Shown here piece by piece: positions 9,890 through 10,205 of a stretch of 10,205 nucleotides of DNA. The DNA lies in the IMG/VR virus record IMGVR_UViG_2917886563_000001; one strand, 5' to 3'. The number at the start of each line of letters is the position of its first letter. Positions within the stretch are counted from its first letter, which is position 1. Under the pieces are notes generated by a model. That model worked only from the letters and a program-made list of their open reading frames with translations, did not search any database and was not told the origin of the DNA. The DNA comes from a virus (taxonomy: Duplodnaviria > Heunggongvirae > Uroviricota > Caudoviricetes). A program made the translations under genes and the position numbers.

Positions 9890-10205
9890 CCCCCAGAAAC
9901 ACCGGACAGTAGCTGTATCTCCAGATAAGAGATAGGCTTGAATATATGTCTAACACTAACGCCAATTTTGAGATGACCGGGATCCTGTTAGGGCAAGAAG
10001 TCCGTAAACGTAAAACTCCTCAGGAGAAAATCGCCATTATCCAGCAGACGATGGAGCCGGGTATGAATGTCTCCCATGTCGCCCGCCTGCATGGTATCCA
10101 GCCCAGCCTGCTGTTTAAATGGAAGAAGCATATCAGGAAGGCAGCCTCACCGCCGTTGCGGCCGGAGAGGAATGTCGTTCCTGCTTCTGAGCTTACAGCT
10201 GCTCT
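9886..10205 (+). mobile_element. Left end of an IS3-family (IS2-group) insertion sequence, truncated by the window edge
   Basis: The orfA-like ORF begins at 9946. The sequence just after the tailspike stop (TAGCCCCCAGAAACACC...ATCTCCAGA) resembles the recalled IS2 left terminus (..GGCCCCCTGAATCTCCAGACAACC..). The exact boundary is uncertain to within about 10 bp. Confidence 0.55.
9946..10205 (+). CDS. IS3-family (IS2-like) transposase OrfA, HTH DNA-binding subunit; 3' end outside window
   Basis: The translation MSNTNANFEMTGILLGQEVRKRKTPQEKIAIIQQTMEPGMNVSHVARLHGIQPSLLFKWKK...VVPASELTAA resembles recalled IS2 InsC (..[69 protein letters not shown]..). The ORF is absent from the supplied ORF track only because it has no stop inside the window. 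Confidence 0.75.
   Translation, partial: MSNTNANFEMTGILLGQEVRKRKTPQEKIAIIQQTMEPGMNVSHVARLHGIQPSLLFKWKKHIRKAASPPLRPERNVVPASELTAA

Overview
This window is the distal part of the late (virion assembly) operon of a P22-like podovirus or prophage, probably from an enterobacterial host. On the + strand the gene order and protein lengths match P22 genes 4-10-26-14-7-20-16 (166, 472, 233, 158, 217, 464, 767 aa). These are followed by a reverse-oriented Mnt-like repressor, a 641-aa tailspike, and the left end of an IS3-family (IS2-group) insertion sequence that runs off the right edge. The left edge begins at a 13-unit hexanucleotide microsatellite that most plausibly encodes a (Pro-Glu)13 tract at the C-terminus of the upstream gene. 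I see no defence or anti-defence cassette. The points worth a second look are the coding microsatellite, the reduced immI region (mnt only), the mosaic AT-rich tailspike, and the IS abutting the tailspike stop codon with an apparent compensated double frameshift in its orfA. All homology statements come from recalled protein sequences (P22 gp4, gp26, Mnt, gp9 N-terminus, IS2 InsC) and synteny; no database search was run.
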